The notes beneath the pieces were generated by a model. That model worked only from the letters and a program-made list of their open reading frames with translations. It was not told the DNA's origin and did not search any database. The position numbers were made by a program, and so were the translations under genes. A stretch of 64,000 nt of DNA from Candidatus Nomurabacteria bacterium (GTDB taxonomy: Bacteria; Patescibacteriota; Minisyncoccia; Phycocordibacterales; CAIZLB01), in contig CALRFG010000005.1 of the NCBI GenBank assembly GCA_943356525.1, positions 2,921 to 66,920 on the forward strand. The letters run 5' to 3'. Of this stretch, positions 27,552-38,353 are shown piece by piece. Each line of letters begins with the position of its first letter. Position 1 is the first letter of the stretch.

Positions 27552-29348
27552 ATGAAAAAAATACTAATTATTATATTTTCCACAGCAGCTTTTTTAAGTA
27601 TATCAAATGCTTCAGCAGCTGACTTTCTTACAGGCTCGAATAAGGCAGAGGTAAGTGAAGGTGAAACTTTTGATATAAGTGTATATGTAAACAGCCAGGG
27701 GGTTGCTATAAATAGTGCTGAAGGTTCACTGTCATTTCCAAGTGATTTGGTCAGTGTTGTTTCAGTAAATAATGCCGGGTCTATATTTCCAATATGGGTT
27801 GAACAACCATCTTATTCAAACACCTCCGGCTCAGTTAGTTTTAACGGAGGAGTACCAAACCCTGGATATGCAGGTTCAAGGGGTTATGTTGCTAAAGTAA
27901 CATTCAAGGCAAAAAAAGCAGGTAAAGCTTCTATCGCGTTTGGAGCTTCAAGTATTTATTCTAACGATGGTTCAGGTACAGATGTTTTAAACAAAAAAAG
28001 TGGTGTATCGGTTTTGATAAAAGCTGCAGAAGCTACTCCTGTTGTCAAAGAAGAACCTCTAAAAGATGGGGTAATAGATGTAGATAGAAAACCAATAATA
28101 GAAAAACCTATCCCTATTAAAAGTGATGAAATTGTTGAAAATATAAATAATAGAGATACAGTATTGCCACCAATGCCTGTTATTTCATCTAAGGATTTGA
28201 CTGACGGAAAAGAATGGTTCACTACAAAAAAAATAATGCTGGACTGGGATGTTCCTGGGGGAGTGACAGCTGTTCAGTTTTCTTTCGGTGGTAAAGAAGA
28301 CGCGATACCAACATCAATATATTCACCGGCTATTAATTTTGCAAAAATATTAAATATTGCTAACGGCGTATCCTACTTCCATATCAGGTTTAAAAATAGT
28401 GCAGGTTGGGGGGGGATATTACATAAAAAAATAATGGTAGACTCCTTTTCGCCAGGAGATATTACGGGCACCTCAGTCTTAAATGATAAAAAACTTATAT
28501 CTCTTTCTGTTTACTCTGAAGATTTGCACTCAGGGATAGATAGATATGAGGCATATGTTGATGGAAAAAAGGTTGCAGAAATAAAAGGTGGTTTTGATAA
28601 AAATACTACTATAGATTTACCGTTACTTAAAACAGGTCAGAATAAAGTAACTATTATCGCCTACGATGTCGCAGGAAATAAAAATACAAAAATAATTGAC
28701 ATTAATTCTCCTGAAGCTGAATCTCCTCAAATAAAAATTTCAAAAATAGAAACGAAAATAGATGAAGGTAACAATCTTTCCGTTTATACATATCCAAATA
28801 TAGAAATAGTACTTTATATAAAAGATGAAACCGGAAAAGTAACGAGTTCTTCTACAGTTAGTGGTTTAGACGGTTCTATAAGTATTCCTATAGAAGCTTT
28901 TAAATCAGTAGGTTTGAAAACTTTATGGGTATCATTGAATAATGATTGTGAAGATATGTGTGTACTTTCTGAAAAGCTGACAGTACAAGTTGTTGAAGGT
29001 GATTTAACTCGAGTACCTAAAGAATTTTTAAGCATGATACGTAAAAACTATTCAGGGACAATACCTTGGCTTATAGCAATTATATTCATGTTACTATACC
29101 TATCTACATTTAAAAGAAATAAAAATAAAGATATTATCCAAGAATTAAATAAGGCCGAGATAGATGTATATAAAATATTTAAAGTATTAAAAAATGATGC
29201 TAAGAGATATAAAGCAATGCTTAAGAGAAATAAAATTGATATAGTTGAAAAAGATCAGGTTATTATTGAAAATCTGGAAAAAGATTTGGAAGAAGCAGAG
29301 ACTTGTTTTGCAAAAAGAATAGAGAAAATAGAAAAAGAATTGGAATAG
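27552..29348 (+). CDS. Cohesin-domain protein with Ig-like domains and TM anchor
   Basis: GETFDISVYVNSQGVAINSAEGSLSFP...WVEQP...FNGGVPNPG...SNDGSGT. Confidence 0.75.
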   Translation: MKKILIIIFSTAAFLSISNASAADFLTGSNKAEVSEGETFDISVYVNSQGVAINSAEGSLSFPSDLVSVVSVNNAGSIFPIWVEQPSYSNTSGSVSFNGGVPNPGYAGSRGYVAKVTFKAKKAGKASIAFGASSIYSNDGSGTDVLNKKSGVSVLIKAAEATPVVKEEPLKDGVIDVDRKPIIEKPIPIKSDEIVENINNRDTVLPPMPVISSKDLTDGKEWFTTKKIMLDWDVPGGVTAVQFSFGGKEDAIPTSIYSPAINFAKILNIANGVSYFHIRFKNSAGWGGILHKKIMVDSFSPGDITGTSVLNDKKLISLSVYSEDLHSGIDRYEAYVDGKKVAEIKGGFDKNTTIDLPLLKTGQNKVTIIAYDVAGNKNTKIIDINSPEAESPQIKISKIETKIDEGNNLSVYTYPNIEIVLYIKDETGKVTSSSTVSGLDGSISIPIEAFKSVGLKTLWVSLNNDCEDMCVLSEKLTVQVVEGDLTRVPKEFLSMIRKNYSGTIPWLIAIIFMLLYLSTFKRNKNKDIIQELNKAEIDVYKIFKVLKNDAKRYKAMLKRNKIDIVEKDQVIIENLEKDLEEAETCFAKRIEKIEKELE

Positions 29349-29356
29349 GTAAATAT

Positions 29357-29394
29357 AAAACCACTTATATTAAATAATATAAGTGGTTTTTTTT
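29357..29394. terminator. Bidirectional intrinsic terminator
   Basis: AAAACCACTTATATT-aaat-AATATAAGTGGTTTT. Confidence 0.75.
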
Positions 29395-29405
29395 GAATCT
29401 AAAAA

Positions 29406-30038
29406 TTATTTCTCAATAACCAAATTTTCTTTAGACACTCTAACTTTTGCCATACTTGCAGAACTATCATTCTCTGATCTATATCCAGCTGTACAAACAA
29501 CAGTTGACGTCAATCCAAGATCTTTCAGGCCAAGTATTTCATCAAACTGTTTCTTATCAAAGCCTTCCATGGGAGTAGAGTCTATCTCCTCAAGTGCTGC
29601 TGTGGAAAGTAAGACGCCAAGTGCTAAATAAGCTTGTTTGGCAGCCCAAGTTGTTTTATGATCTTCAGAAAGTGATTTTAGTGTTCCTTTGATCATAGCT
29701 GCAAATTTGGATAACGATTCAGCGGAAACATTTCTTGTTTCCATAATAAGGTTTACATAGTCATCTACGCTAGCATCCCCCAGATCAGTTTTTACTGCAA
29801 ATACAAATAAATCTGAAGCATCTGTTATTTGAGGTTGATCCCAAGCTACAGCCTTTAATTTTTTACGAGTTTCAATATCTTTAACATGAATAACTTTATA
29901 TACAGGTAAACCGTAAGAAGAAGGTGCAAGTCTTATAGATTCTATAAGTGTATTAACTTGTTCATCTGATAATTTTTTATTTGTATCATATGCATTTGCT
30001 GCATATCTCCAATTTAAAGCATTTATTATATTTAACAT
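29406..30038 (-). CDS. Nitroreductase family NAD(P)H-dependent oxidoreductase
   Basis: LNWRYA, LAPSSYGL, STPMEGFD, GYR. Confidence 0.9.
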   Translation of the reverse strand: MLNIINALNWRYAANAYDTNKKLSDEQVNTLIESIRLAPSSYGLPVYKVIHVKDIETRKKLKAVAWDQPQITDASDLFVFAVKTDLGDASVDDYVNLIMETRNVSAESLSKFAAMIKGTLKSLSEDHKTTWAAKQAYLALGVLLSTAALEEIDSTPMEGFDKKQFDEILGLKDLGLTSTVVCTAGYRSENDSSASMAKVRVSKENLVIEK

Positions 30039-30125
30039 TTTTTTTTAAAATTTAATGATAATAATTTAATTATAATCTCTATACTTTCATTTGTAAAGTT
30101 TCAAAAAAAATGTTATTTTGTAGAT

Positions 30126-30455
30126 ATGTTTAGGACAACATCACAAAAGAAAAAAATGTGCATAAATTGTCCAATAGCCAAGGCGTCTGACTTAGTTGGT
30201 GATTCGGTTATACTAATAATTGTTAGAGAGTTATTGGGTGGTTCAAAAAGGTTTGGAGAATTATATGAATCATTGGGAGGGGTAAGCACAAGAACCTTAA
30301 CAGAAAAACTCAAGAAGCTTGAAGAAAATAAACTTATTTTAAGAGTTGAATTCAAACAAAAACCACCCCATGTAGAGTATTCACTGACCGTTAAAGGTAA
30401 AGGGTTAAAAAAGATTGTTATAGCTTTGTCTGAGTACGGTGAGAAGTTTTTGTAA
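30126..30455 (+). CDS. HxlR family transcriptional regulator
   Basis: CPIAKA...KRFGEL...PPHVEYSLT; divergent from the nitroreductase. Confidence 0.9.
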   Translation: MFRTTSQKKKMCINCPIAKASDLVGDSVILIIVRELLGGSKRFGELYESLGGVSTRTLTEKLKKLEENKLILRVEFKQKPPHVEYSLTVKGKGLKKIVIALSEYGEKFL

Positions 30456-30510
30456 GCCTTTTAAATGAAGCTAGTTTTACATAAACTTGTTTAGCGAGTA
30501 TAATAAATAC

Positions 30511-31020
30511 ATGAAATCAGTAAATATAATAATTACAATAATAATTTTTATTTTAATCGGTGGAGGTATATATGTTTTAAATAATAATACCGGCACTGAA
30601 AGTATGATAAAAGATGAAATGCCAGGTGAGACAATGATGATGGAGAAAGATGCTACGATGTCTTCAACATCTGAAACTATGATGAAAAAAGATGATACCA
30701 TGATTATGGTAAAAGGTGGAAGTTATGAAGCTTACTCACCTGAAAAACTAGCAAATGCAGAGAAAGGTAATGTAGTTCTATTCTTCAGAGCAGGATGGTG
30801 TCAAACATGTAGAACCGTAGACGCAGATATAAAAGCAAATATAAAAAATATTCCTCCAAATCTTACTATACTAGATATTGATTATGATAAATCTTCAGAT
30901 CTTAAGAAAAAATACGGAGTAACTACACAACATACATTTATTCAAATTGACTCAAAAGGTAAATTTAAAAAATGGATAGGTGGATCGACACTTGACTCTG
31001 TTGTAGATCAAGTAGAATAA
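30511..31020 (+). CDS. Membrane-anchored thioredoxin-like protein
   Basis: WCQTC; KKYGVTTQHT; Met-rich linker. Confidence 0.85.
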   Translation: MKSVNIIITIIIFILIGGGIYVLNNNTGTESMIKDEMPGETMMMEKDATMSSTSETMMKKDDTMIMVKGGSYEAYSPEKLANAEKGNVVLFFRAGWCQTCRTVDADIKANIKNIPPNLTILDIDYDKSSDLKKKYGVTTQHTFIQIDSKGKFKKWIGGSTLDSVVDQVE

Positions 31021-31032
31021 TTAAAACATAGT

Positions 31033-32733
31033 ATGTTATTACTTACAGTATCATTCATAGCTGGTATATTAACCATACTTGCACCATGTGTGTTACCAGT
31101 ACTCCCTGTTATCTTGGGTGGTTCCTTAAATAATAAAAAAGCTAATAAAAAAAAGACATTAATAATAATACTTTCTTTAGGAATATCGGTTATAGTATTT
31201 ACTTTTTTATTAAAAGTTAGTACGTTATTTATAGATATACCAGAATATACTTGGAAAATAGTTTCAAGTATTATAATATTGATATTTGGCTTGATCACTA
31301 TTTTTCCTTCACTTTGGGAAAATAAATTTATTGCAAAGTTAAGTAGAAAATCTAACATTATCCTAGGTAAAGGGGATCAGAAGAAAAGCTTTTGGGGAGA
31401 CGTGATAGTTGGTGTATCTCTTGGTCCCGTGTTCTCAACATGTAGTCCAACATACTTTATTATCTTGGCTACTGTATTGCCAGTGAGTCTTTTACTTGGC
31501 TTTATTTACTTATTGGCTTATACACTTGGTTTATGTTTGGCATTGCTTATGGTGGCATTGATAGGTCAAAGAATAGTTGATAAATTGGGCGTAGCAGCAA
31601 ATCCTGACGGCTGGTTTAAGAAAACTCTTGGAATAATCCTTGTTATCGTTGCTATAGGTATAGTTACAGGTGCCGATAAAAAACTACAGACATATATATT
31701 AGATAAAGGTTTTTTTGATGTGACTAAGATAGAGCAAATGTTATTACGTTCACAAGACGAAAAAAGTTCATCTGTAAATCTTTCTGGTGGATATTTGTCT
31801 ATAGCAGAAAAAGAAAAAAAATATAAAAGATTTACTGAGCTTGTTTCTCCTAATGGATACATAAATACCGATGGTAAAAAGATAACTCTTGAAGGTTTAA
31901 AGGGCGAAGTTATACTTCTAGATATATGGACATATACATGTATAAATTGTCAAAGAACAATACCTTATATAAATCAGTGGTATGACAAATACAAAGATCA
32001 AGGCTTTGAAGTTGTTGGTGTACATACTCCAGAGTTTGCTTTTGAAAAAGTTCAAGCAAATGTAGAAAAAGAGGTTTTAGGTTTTAAAATAAAATACCCT
32101 GTTGTTTTGGATAATGATTATCAAACGTGGAAGGCTCTTCAAAATCAATACTGGCCACGAAAATATATTATAGATATAGATGGATATGTTATATATGATC
32201 ATATAGGTGAGGGAGCTTATGAGGAAACAGAAAAAGTTATACAATATGCCTTAAAAGAAAGAGCGGAACGCATGGGTATAGTATTAGATATATCTTTAGA
32301 TGAACTTGTAAATATAAAAACTGAAAAAGGAAATGTAGGTAGTCCTGAAATTTATTTTGGTTCTGTTCGAAATGAGTATCTGGCAAATGGAAAAGTCGGA
32401 GTCCTTGGAGTTCAGGAGTTAAAACTTCCTAAAAATATTTTACCCAACAGATTATATTTTGATGGTAGTTGGAATATGACCTCTGAGTATGCAGAAAATA
32501 TAAATCCAGGAAGTGTAGTTTTCAAATATGATGCAAAGAATATATATATAACAGCAGGATCAGATCTCCCACTAGAGGTAGAAATATATTTAGACGGGCA
32601 GTTTTTAAAAAAGTTAATGATTAAAGATGCGGGTTTATATACCCTTATTGAAGGAACTGAATATGGACAGTATACTATTGAGATCAAGGTATCAAAACCA
32701 GGGTTAAAGGTGTTTACATTTACGTTTGGATAA
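31033..32733 (+). CDS. DipZ-like protein (CcdA/DsbD membrane domain + thioredoxin)
   Basis: APCVLPVLP, FSTCSP, WTYTCINC, GVHTPEFAFEK, YWP, SPEIYFG. Confidence 0.85.
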   Translation: MLLLTVSFIAGILTILAPCVLPVLPVILGGSLNNKKANKKKTLIIILSLGISVIVFTFLLKVSTLFIDIPEYTWKIVSSIIILIFGLITIFPSLWENKFIAKLSRKSNIILGKGDQKKSFWGDVIVGVSLGPVFSTCSPTYFIILATVLPVSLLLGFIYLLAYTLGLCLALLMVALIGQRIVDKLGVAANPDGWFKKTLGIILVIVAIGIVTGADKKLQTYILDKGFFDVTKIEQMLLRSQDEKSSSVNLSGGYLSIAEKEKKYKRFTELVSPNGYINTDGKKITLEGLKGEVILLDIWTYTCINCQRTIPYINQWYDKYKDQGFEVVGVHTPEFAFEKVQANVEKEVLGFKIKYPVVLDNDYQTWKALQNQYWPRKYIIDIDGYVIYDHIGEGAYEETEKVIQYALKERAERMGIVLDISLDELVNIKTEKGNVGSPEIYFGSVRNEYLANGKVGVLGVQELKLPKNILPNRLYFDGSWNMTSEYAENINPGSVVFKYDAKNIYITAGSDLPLEVEIYLDGQFLKKLMIKDAGLYTLIEGTEYGQYTIEIKVSKPGLKVFTFTFG

Positions 32734-32883
32734 TAACTTGAAAAAAGCTATTCTTTCTGTGAATGGTTTATTTTTTATTCAGGACTAAAGAAGGTTAGTA
32801 TTAATTGTGTAGACGAAACCAGAGATAAGAATATTCATAAATAAATACAAATCAAAGCTTACTATGTTATTATGTAAGTATAG

Positions 32884-33039
32884 ATGAATTCAAAATCCAC
32901 TCAATTACCCATAGTTTTAAAGGATTTTCATAATGAAATCCAAACTCTTAAAATCGAGCAAAAAGATCTTTTATTTAGAGTAAAAAAATCTATAGATGTA
33001 GCAAAATTGAAAAAGATTAACAGCAAATTAGGCAAGTAA
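32884..33039 (+). CDS. Small hypothetical protein (51 aa)
   Basis: Manual ORF MNSKSTQLPIV...KLKKINSKLGK ending 4 nt before the next start. Confidence 0.5.
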   Translation: MNSKSTQLPIVLKDFHNEIQTLKIEQKDLLFRVKKSIDVAKLKKINSKLGK

Positions 33040-33043
33040 TTCT

Positions 33044-36000
33044 ATGTCTGAAAATAGTGAAAAAAAATATATAAAGGTTGAGGATTTTGTCGGAGCTACA
33101 AAACACGAGGTTGGTGATTCTGTAGAACATGCAATTGAAGAGTTGGATACCATACAAGCAAGAAATGAAGAAATTGCATTATTAATAGAAAGTGCCGATA
33201 TTCCCCTTGCTGATAAAGAGGCTTTTAGATCAGAACTTGCAAGTGTAGAAAATAAAACGTTATCCTTTAAAGAGAAATTTTTAATAAGATTAGAAAAAGT
33301 AGCCGAGACTGTGCTTACTCCTATTGCAAAAGGTATTGAAGCATACGGTAGAAATTTTGGAGAAAGTAAAAAAAAGATAGATGGGGTAAATTTTATACTT
33401 GAAAATTTAGTATGTGAAAATAAGGAAGAGTTGTTAGAAGATTTAAGGCAAAAGGTTGAAAAAAATTATTTGTATTCAATTCCGGTTCCAGAATTTCCAC
33501 TTGATAAAAATGGTTTAGAAATAATATCTTATATTAAAAAGAAAGATATCGGGTCTATGTACGATGTAGAGAGTATAATTAAGAAGGTAAATTTTATGCA
33601 CAAGCTGCATAAAAAAAGTGTTTCTTTACAAATGATAGGGTGTTTTGATCTGGATCATGATTTTTACAATAGCGATTCTGTATTAGAAAATAAAGATTTA
33701 ATAGCTAAGCTAATCTTATTGGACAAAACTGATTTCAAGCTTTATCTAAAAGATATTCCAATGTATAAGATAGAGAAATTAGAGCTTGAAAAAATAAATC
33801 TAATTATTCAAAATCCGTTTCTACGTATTTCATTTCACGAATCTTATTATCTAAATGTAGATAAAATAAATAACTATATTACCGAGGAAAATCTTAAAAA
33901 AATCAAGGATTTTATTAGTGGTCCGATGTATCCGAGTAAAAACATTAGTGAAATTTTTACTTTCGTAGAAAAAGTTTTTAATTTACCTAAAGGTGTTCAG
34001 GGTATTTGTGATTTCTTATATCACCGTAATGGTGGACAAATAAATCAGATATTGACTAACTATGAAATTGATATGCGCTACAATATGCTTAAAAACCTAA
34101 AAGAGCAAGAAATAATAATTTTAAACAGGTTGGTCAAAGAGGTTGACGTCTCAATGTGGAAAAAAGACGATATTAAAGAATATTTACAACTTAATGAAAA
34201 TATTTTTGATAGGTGTAAAGAGTTGGATATATATATAGGCAGTTCCTATCGACCTGTCAGTTTGTTTTTGGAAATAAGTAGTATGTCTGATGACGAATTT
34301 GATCTATTTAAGCAAATATACAATAAAACACCAGCAAAAAGAGTAGATCTTGCTTTAAAAACTTTTACTTCAATAAATGAATCGCTAACCTCTGAACGCT
34401 TTAAGGAAGTTATTTCGTTTATTGATAGGATTGGTGAAACACATAACTTAAGATTTTATATAGAAGATAATCGTTCATTAGCAGATCTGGTTTATTTTAT
34501 GGGAGTTGTGGAAGAAGAAAAAGATATTGATCTTCTAGACTTAATAGAAAGCGCCTTCGGAAAGTATACACTGCATAAATGTGCAAGAGATAAGTTTTTA
34601 CTTGATGAGATTTTGGCTGGATTCGTGTATGAAAGGTCGTTTGCTGTTCCGCGAATTATAAATGATCAGAATATGTGTTTACATACATTTCAAAATTTTG
34701 AAAAGGTAAACGGTTATCTAAAACTTAAAAATAGCAAATTTTCAGAACAAGATATTGAGACAATATATTATAATATTTTAAACTCGAATCCTAACATTTT
34801 TTTAACAGAAAATACTTTTCCGTTGACAGTTGAAATGAGAGCTGAAATAACAAGAAGTATTACCGGGATATCATCACCTGAAATTTTGAATAGATTTTAT
34901 TTCTTTAAAAAAGAATATCTTGACCATACTAATAATCAACAAGAATTACTAAACCGTTTATTTGATACGCTTATTGTAACCCAACCAAAAGAACTCTTAG
35001 AATCTAAAGATTTTCCTTTTACCGAGGAACAAATGCGATATGTAGAGATCTTTAAAAGAATTAACGATTCACCATCAAGGGAATTAAAAAATCTTTCTAC
35101 AGAAATAATTCCACTCTTGTTAAAAAACAATACAATAGAATTAATGCATGAGTATGTTTCAAGGATCGAGCATATATTTTTAACTAATAATATACCGATG
35201 GTAGGAAAGCAATATAAGGTTTTTGAAATATTATATGGAGATACACAATTAAAAAATGGGGTATCAAGAAGTAAAGTCGAGTCTTTGAAAAAAATGAATA
35301 ACCCTATTAAGCAACGATTAACAATCTTTAAGGATTTGATGAGGGCTCATATTGCATCAGCCGATAGTAATCTAATGCAATACTTAACTGCACTTAAGGA
35401 AGGTAGAAATGCTTTAGAAAAATTTGAAAGTGACACACCTCTTGAGGAAAATGAAAAGAAAAGTCTGAAGGCATTTATAAAAAAAATAAATATCTTAACA
35501 GGTCATATAGGAAAAGAATCTATTGTAATGGGAGATGATATATCTGATGAAGAAATGGCTCAGGAAATACGAGAACTGAGTACGTCATTGGGGGTTGAGG
35601 AAGGAGGAAGTATAATCCATAAATTTGAGAAATTTTTTCTAAAAGGAATAGGGATAGAAACAATAAATGAAGCAATTGAAATAATGAAGCAACGTAAGAT
35701 TGGGGCACATAATCGAAATGTTGAGTTGTCCATATCAGGAAAAATATCACTACAAAATGGTGATTTAGTAAAAGGTGTATCAAGTAATTATTTTGATACC
35801 TATCTTGATAAAGGTGTCTACGCGCCTGAATTTGTTGGTGCGCAAAGTGTCGGTGCAAAATCTGTAAGTAGATCAAGTGATGGTACACCGTTTGATACTG
35901 ATTTAATAATAATAGAAGATGATAAAACGGATCTAGAAGACAATCTCACTGGGTACGGTGATATAAACCTGATATTAAAAAATAAATCCCAATTTGAACA

Positions 36001-37126
36001 AGACGATTTAGACATATTTAGAACTGGAGTAATCTCAAAAAACCATTATGGTATTCGCACAGGTTTCGGTTCAACTCAGATAGATGCAATCTGTATCAAG
36101 CCTCAAGAAATAAAAGATTCAGGTATAGATAAAATAAAATATTTCATAGCAAAAAAAGGATTTTATATTCCAATATGTAACCTTGATGGAAATATAGTTT
36201 TTACAAAAGAAGATTATGATGAGTATCGAAAAATATTTAAAGGTATAAAAAGATATGAAGGTGGAGAATTAGAGATTAGTCAAGAATGGAAAACGGATAA
36301 GATGTCAGAGGAAATAGATTCTATAACTCAAACAGAAGAAAATATTTCCAATATGGAAATTATCAGAGATAATGTTCAATTAAAAATAAAGAAAATATTG
36401 ACCGATACAGGGGTTCTCATACATAAAGGTGAATTCGATGACAGTCTTCTGGGTGCTATCATTTCAGATACAGGGTCTACGGGTCGTGGATCTGCCCTTG
36501 ATGAAAAGTTTGATTTTGATTTTGTAGTAAAGCTAGATGATACTGATTGGAATAAGGTTCCAGGTATTCTTGAAAAAATAAAAGAAATTTTCCAGGTTAA
36601 AGATCAATATGATGACAATGGAATGATAATGTTTAGATCACAGGAGATAGAAATCGATGGAGTTAAGATGGATATTGATATAGGTTTCAATAAAAAATCA
36701 GATTCTGAGGAGTTTGCAGCACATGATGCGCTTAAGGAAAAATATAATGCAATCGAAAATTCTCAAGGAAAACAGGCATTATTGGATACATTGACAAATA
36801 TCAGGTTTGCAAAGAAAAAACTCAAAGAAGCAGAGTGTTATAAAAAAGGAAATAAAGGCGGTGAACAACAAGGTGGTTTGGGTGGTATTGGGGTTGAGTA
36901 CTGGATTATTCAAAACGGTGGAGATGCAGTGAAGGCATTTAAAAATCTTGCAGAAGCGGCGATTCACGACGGACAAGTTATCCCTTTTGAAGATTTTAAA
37001 AAGTCTTATAAGGTCTTTAGTGCTGGGCAAAATCTACGTGGTTCAGTCAAGGTGGAGAATTTTACATATAATATGTCTGAATCTGGATATCAAAAAATGG
37101 TAGAACTTGCAAAATCATTCTTATAG
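33044..37126 (+). CDS. Giant protein with C-terminal Pol-beta-superfamily nucleotidyltransferase domain
   Basis: TGSTGRGSALDEKFDFDFVV (GS-x-DxD), distal DIDIGF, QQGGLGGIGVEYW. Confidence 0.65.
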   Translation: MSENSEKKYIKVEDFVGATKHEVGDSVEHAIEELDTIQARNEEIALLIESADIPLADKEAFRSELASVENKTLSFKEKFLIRLEKVAETVLTPIAKGIEAYGRNFGESKKKIDGVNFILENLVCENKEELLEDLRQKVEKNYLYSIPVPEFPLDKNGLEIISYIKKKDIGSMYDVESIIKKVNFMHKLHKKSVSLQMIGCFDLDHDFYNSDSVLENKDLIAKLILLDKTDFKLYLKDIPMYKIEKLELEKINLIIQNPFLRISFHESYYLNVDKINNYITEENLKKIKDFISGPMYPSKNISEIFTFVEKVFNLPKGVQGICDFLYHRNGGQINQILTNYEIDMRYNMLKNLKEQEIIILNRLVKEVDVSMWKKDDIKEYLQLNENIFDRCKELDIYIGSSYRPVSLFLEISSMSDDEFDLFKQIYNKTPAKRVDLALKTFTSINESLTSERFKEVISFIDRIGETHNLRFYIEDNRSLADLVYFMGVVEEEKDIDLLDLIESAFGKYTLHKCARDKFLLDEILAGFVYERSFAVPRIINDQNMCLHTFQNFEKVNGYLKLKNSKFSEQDIETIYYNILNSNPNIFLTENTFPLTVEMRAEITRSITGISSPEILNRFYFFKKEYLDHTNNQQELLNRLFDTLIVTQPKELLESKDFPFTEEQMRYVEIFKRINDSPSRELKNLSTEIIPLLLKNNTIELMHEYVSRIEHIFLTNNIPMVGKQYKVFEILYGDTQLKNGVSRSKVESLKKMNNPIKQRLTIFKDLMRAHIASADSNLMQYLTALKEGRNALEKFESDTPLEENEKKSLKAFIKKINILTGHIGKESIVMGDDISDEEMAQEIRELSTSLGVEEGGSIIHKFEKFFLKGIGIETINEAIEIMKQRKIGAHNRNVELSISGKISLQNGDLVKGVSSNYFDTYLDKGVYAPEFVGAQSVGAKSVSRSSDGTPFDTDLIIIEDDKTDLEDNLTGYGDINLILKNKSQFEQDDLDIFRTGVISKNHYGIRTGFGSTQIDAICIKPQEIKDSGIDKIKYFIAKKGFYIPICNLDGNIVFTKEDYDEYRKIFKGIKRYEGGELEISQEWKTDKMSEEIDSITQTEENISNMEIIRDNVQLKIKKILTDTGVLIHKGEFDDSLLGAIISDTGSTGRGSALDEKFDFDFVVKLDDTDWNKVPGILEKIKEIFQVKDQYDDNGMIMFRSQEIEIDGVKMDIDIGFNKKSDSEEFAAHDALKEKYNAIENSQGKQALLDTLTNIRFAKKKLKEAECYKKGNKGGEQQGGLGGIGVEYWIIQNGGDAVKAFKNLAEAAIHDGQVIPFEDFKKSYKVFSAGQNLRGSVKVENFTYNMSESGYQKMVELAKSFL

Positions 37127-37149
37127 TTTTATGCTACCATGACAATATA

Positions 37150-37878
37150 ATGACAATAGAACAGAAGCAAATACAAATCATACACGAAGAAAAAGACTTT
37201 GTTATCATCAACAAACCTGCAGGTCTTATAACCCATAGTGACGGTAGAAAAAAAGAAGCGGTTGACTCAGTTGCTGCTCAGATTTTAAAATTATACCCGG
37301 AGACTGCATCAGTGGGCGAGCAAAATGACAAGTTTGAAAGATATGGCATAGTTCACAGACTTGATCTAGAAACTTCAGGGGTTATGATCATAGCTCGCAA
37401 TCAAAAGTTTTATACATATATAAAGGAACAGTTTAAAAATCATGAAATAGATAAAGAATATAGAGCTATAGTTTATGGACATTTCAAATCCTCTAAGGGA
37501 TGTATACAAGATCCTATCGGTCGTAGTCAGTCAGATTTTAGAAAATATGTCTGTGGTCGTTTTGCCCGAGGTGAACTTAGGGAAGCTGTTACATATTATG
37601 AAGTTTTGAAAGAGTTTGAAAAAAAAGGGGATAAATACTCTTATGTGTCTGTTAAGCCTAAAACAGGTCGTACACATCAGATCAGGGTGCATATGAAGCA
37701 TATTAACCACGGTATAGTCGCAGATAGTTTATATATGCCAAAACATAAAACTTTAGGTCTTAAAAGACAGGCTTTACATGCTTATAAAATAACGTTTAAA
37801 AACATGAAAAATAAAGAGGTTTCCTTTGAGGCTCCGTTGAGTACTGATATGCTTGATTTAATAACGCAAATATGTTAA
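37150..37878 (+). CDS. RluA family pseudouridine synthase
   Basis: NKPAGL, HRLDLETSG, TGRTHQIRVH, LHA. Confidence 0.92.
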   Translation: MTIEQKQIQIIHEEKDFVIINKPAGLITHSDGRKKEAVDSVAAQILKLYPETASVGEQNDKFERYGIVHRLDLETSGVMIIARNQKFYTYIKEQFKNHEIDKEYRAIVYGHFKSSKGCIQDPIGRSQSDFRKYVCGRFARGELREAVTYYEVLKEFEKKGDKYSYVSVKPKTGRTHQIRVHMKHINHGIVADSLYMPKHKTLGLKRQALHAYKITFKNMKNKEVSFEAPLSTDMLDLITQIC

Positions 37879-37891
37879 TAATTAGTCTATT

Positions 37892-38353
37892 ATGGCTATA
37901 ACATTATCGACATTAGACAAAACAACAAGAAAAACACTTGATTTACGTACAGGTGATACTGTAAAAGTACATCAAAAGATTCAAGAAAAAAACAAAACTC
38001 GTATACAGATTTTTGAAGGTATGATCTTGGCAAGAAAGCATGGAAATGAAGCAGGTGCCACTTTAACAGTTAGACGATCTGCTAACGGATACGGTGTAGA
38101 AAAGATTTTCCCACTATATTCACCTATGATAGACAAGATAGAACTTGTTAAGAGATCTAAAGTTAGACGTGCTAAACTGTACTATATAAGAGATAAGGCT
38201 GTTAAGGAGATCAATAAGCGCCTTAAGATGCAGATGGTAAGAGCTCCTAAAAAAGACGCTTTGGCGGCTGCTCCTGACAATGATTTATTAGATAATACTC
38301 CAGAAGATATAGATATGGAGCAAGTAAAAGCGATTGAATCATCAGAAAAATAA
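37892..38353 (+). CDS. rplS: 50S ribosomal protein L19
   Basis: [33 protein letters not shown]. Confidence 0.95.
   Translation: MAITLSTLDKTTRKTLDLRTGDTVKVHQKIQEKNKTRIQIFEGMILARKHGNEAGATLTVRRSANGYGVEKIFPLYSPMIDKIELVKRSKVRRAKLYYIRDKAVKEINKRLKMQMVRAPKKDALAAAPDNDLLDNTPEDIDMEQVKAIESSEK

Noticed and set aside
33044-37126. Canonical CBASS operon
   Set aside because: No Cap effector or ancillary genes adjacent; neighbours are housekeeping genes
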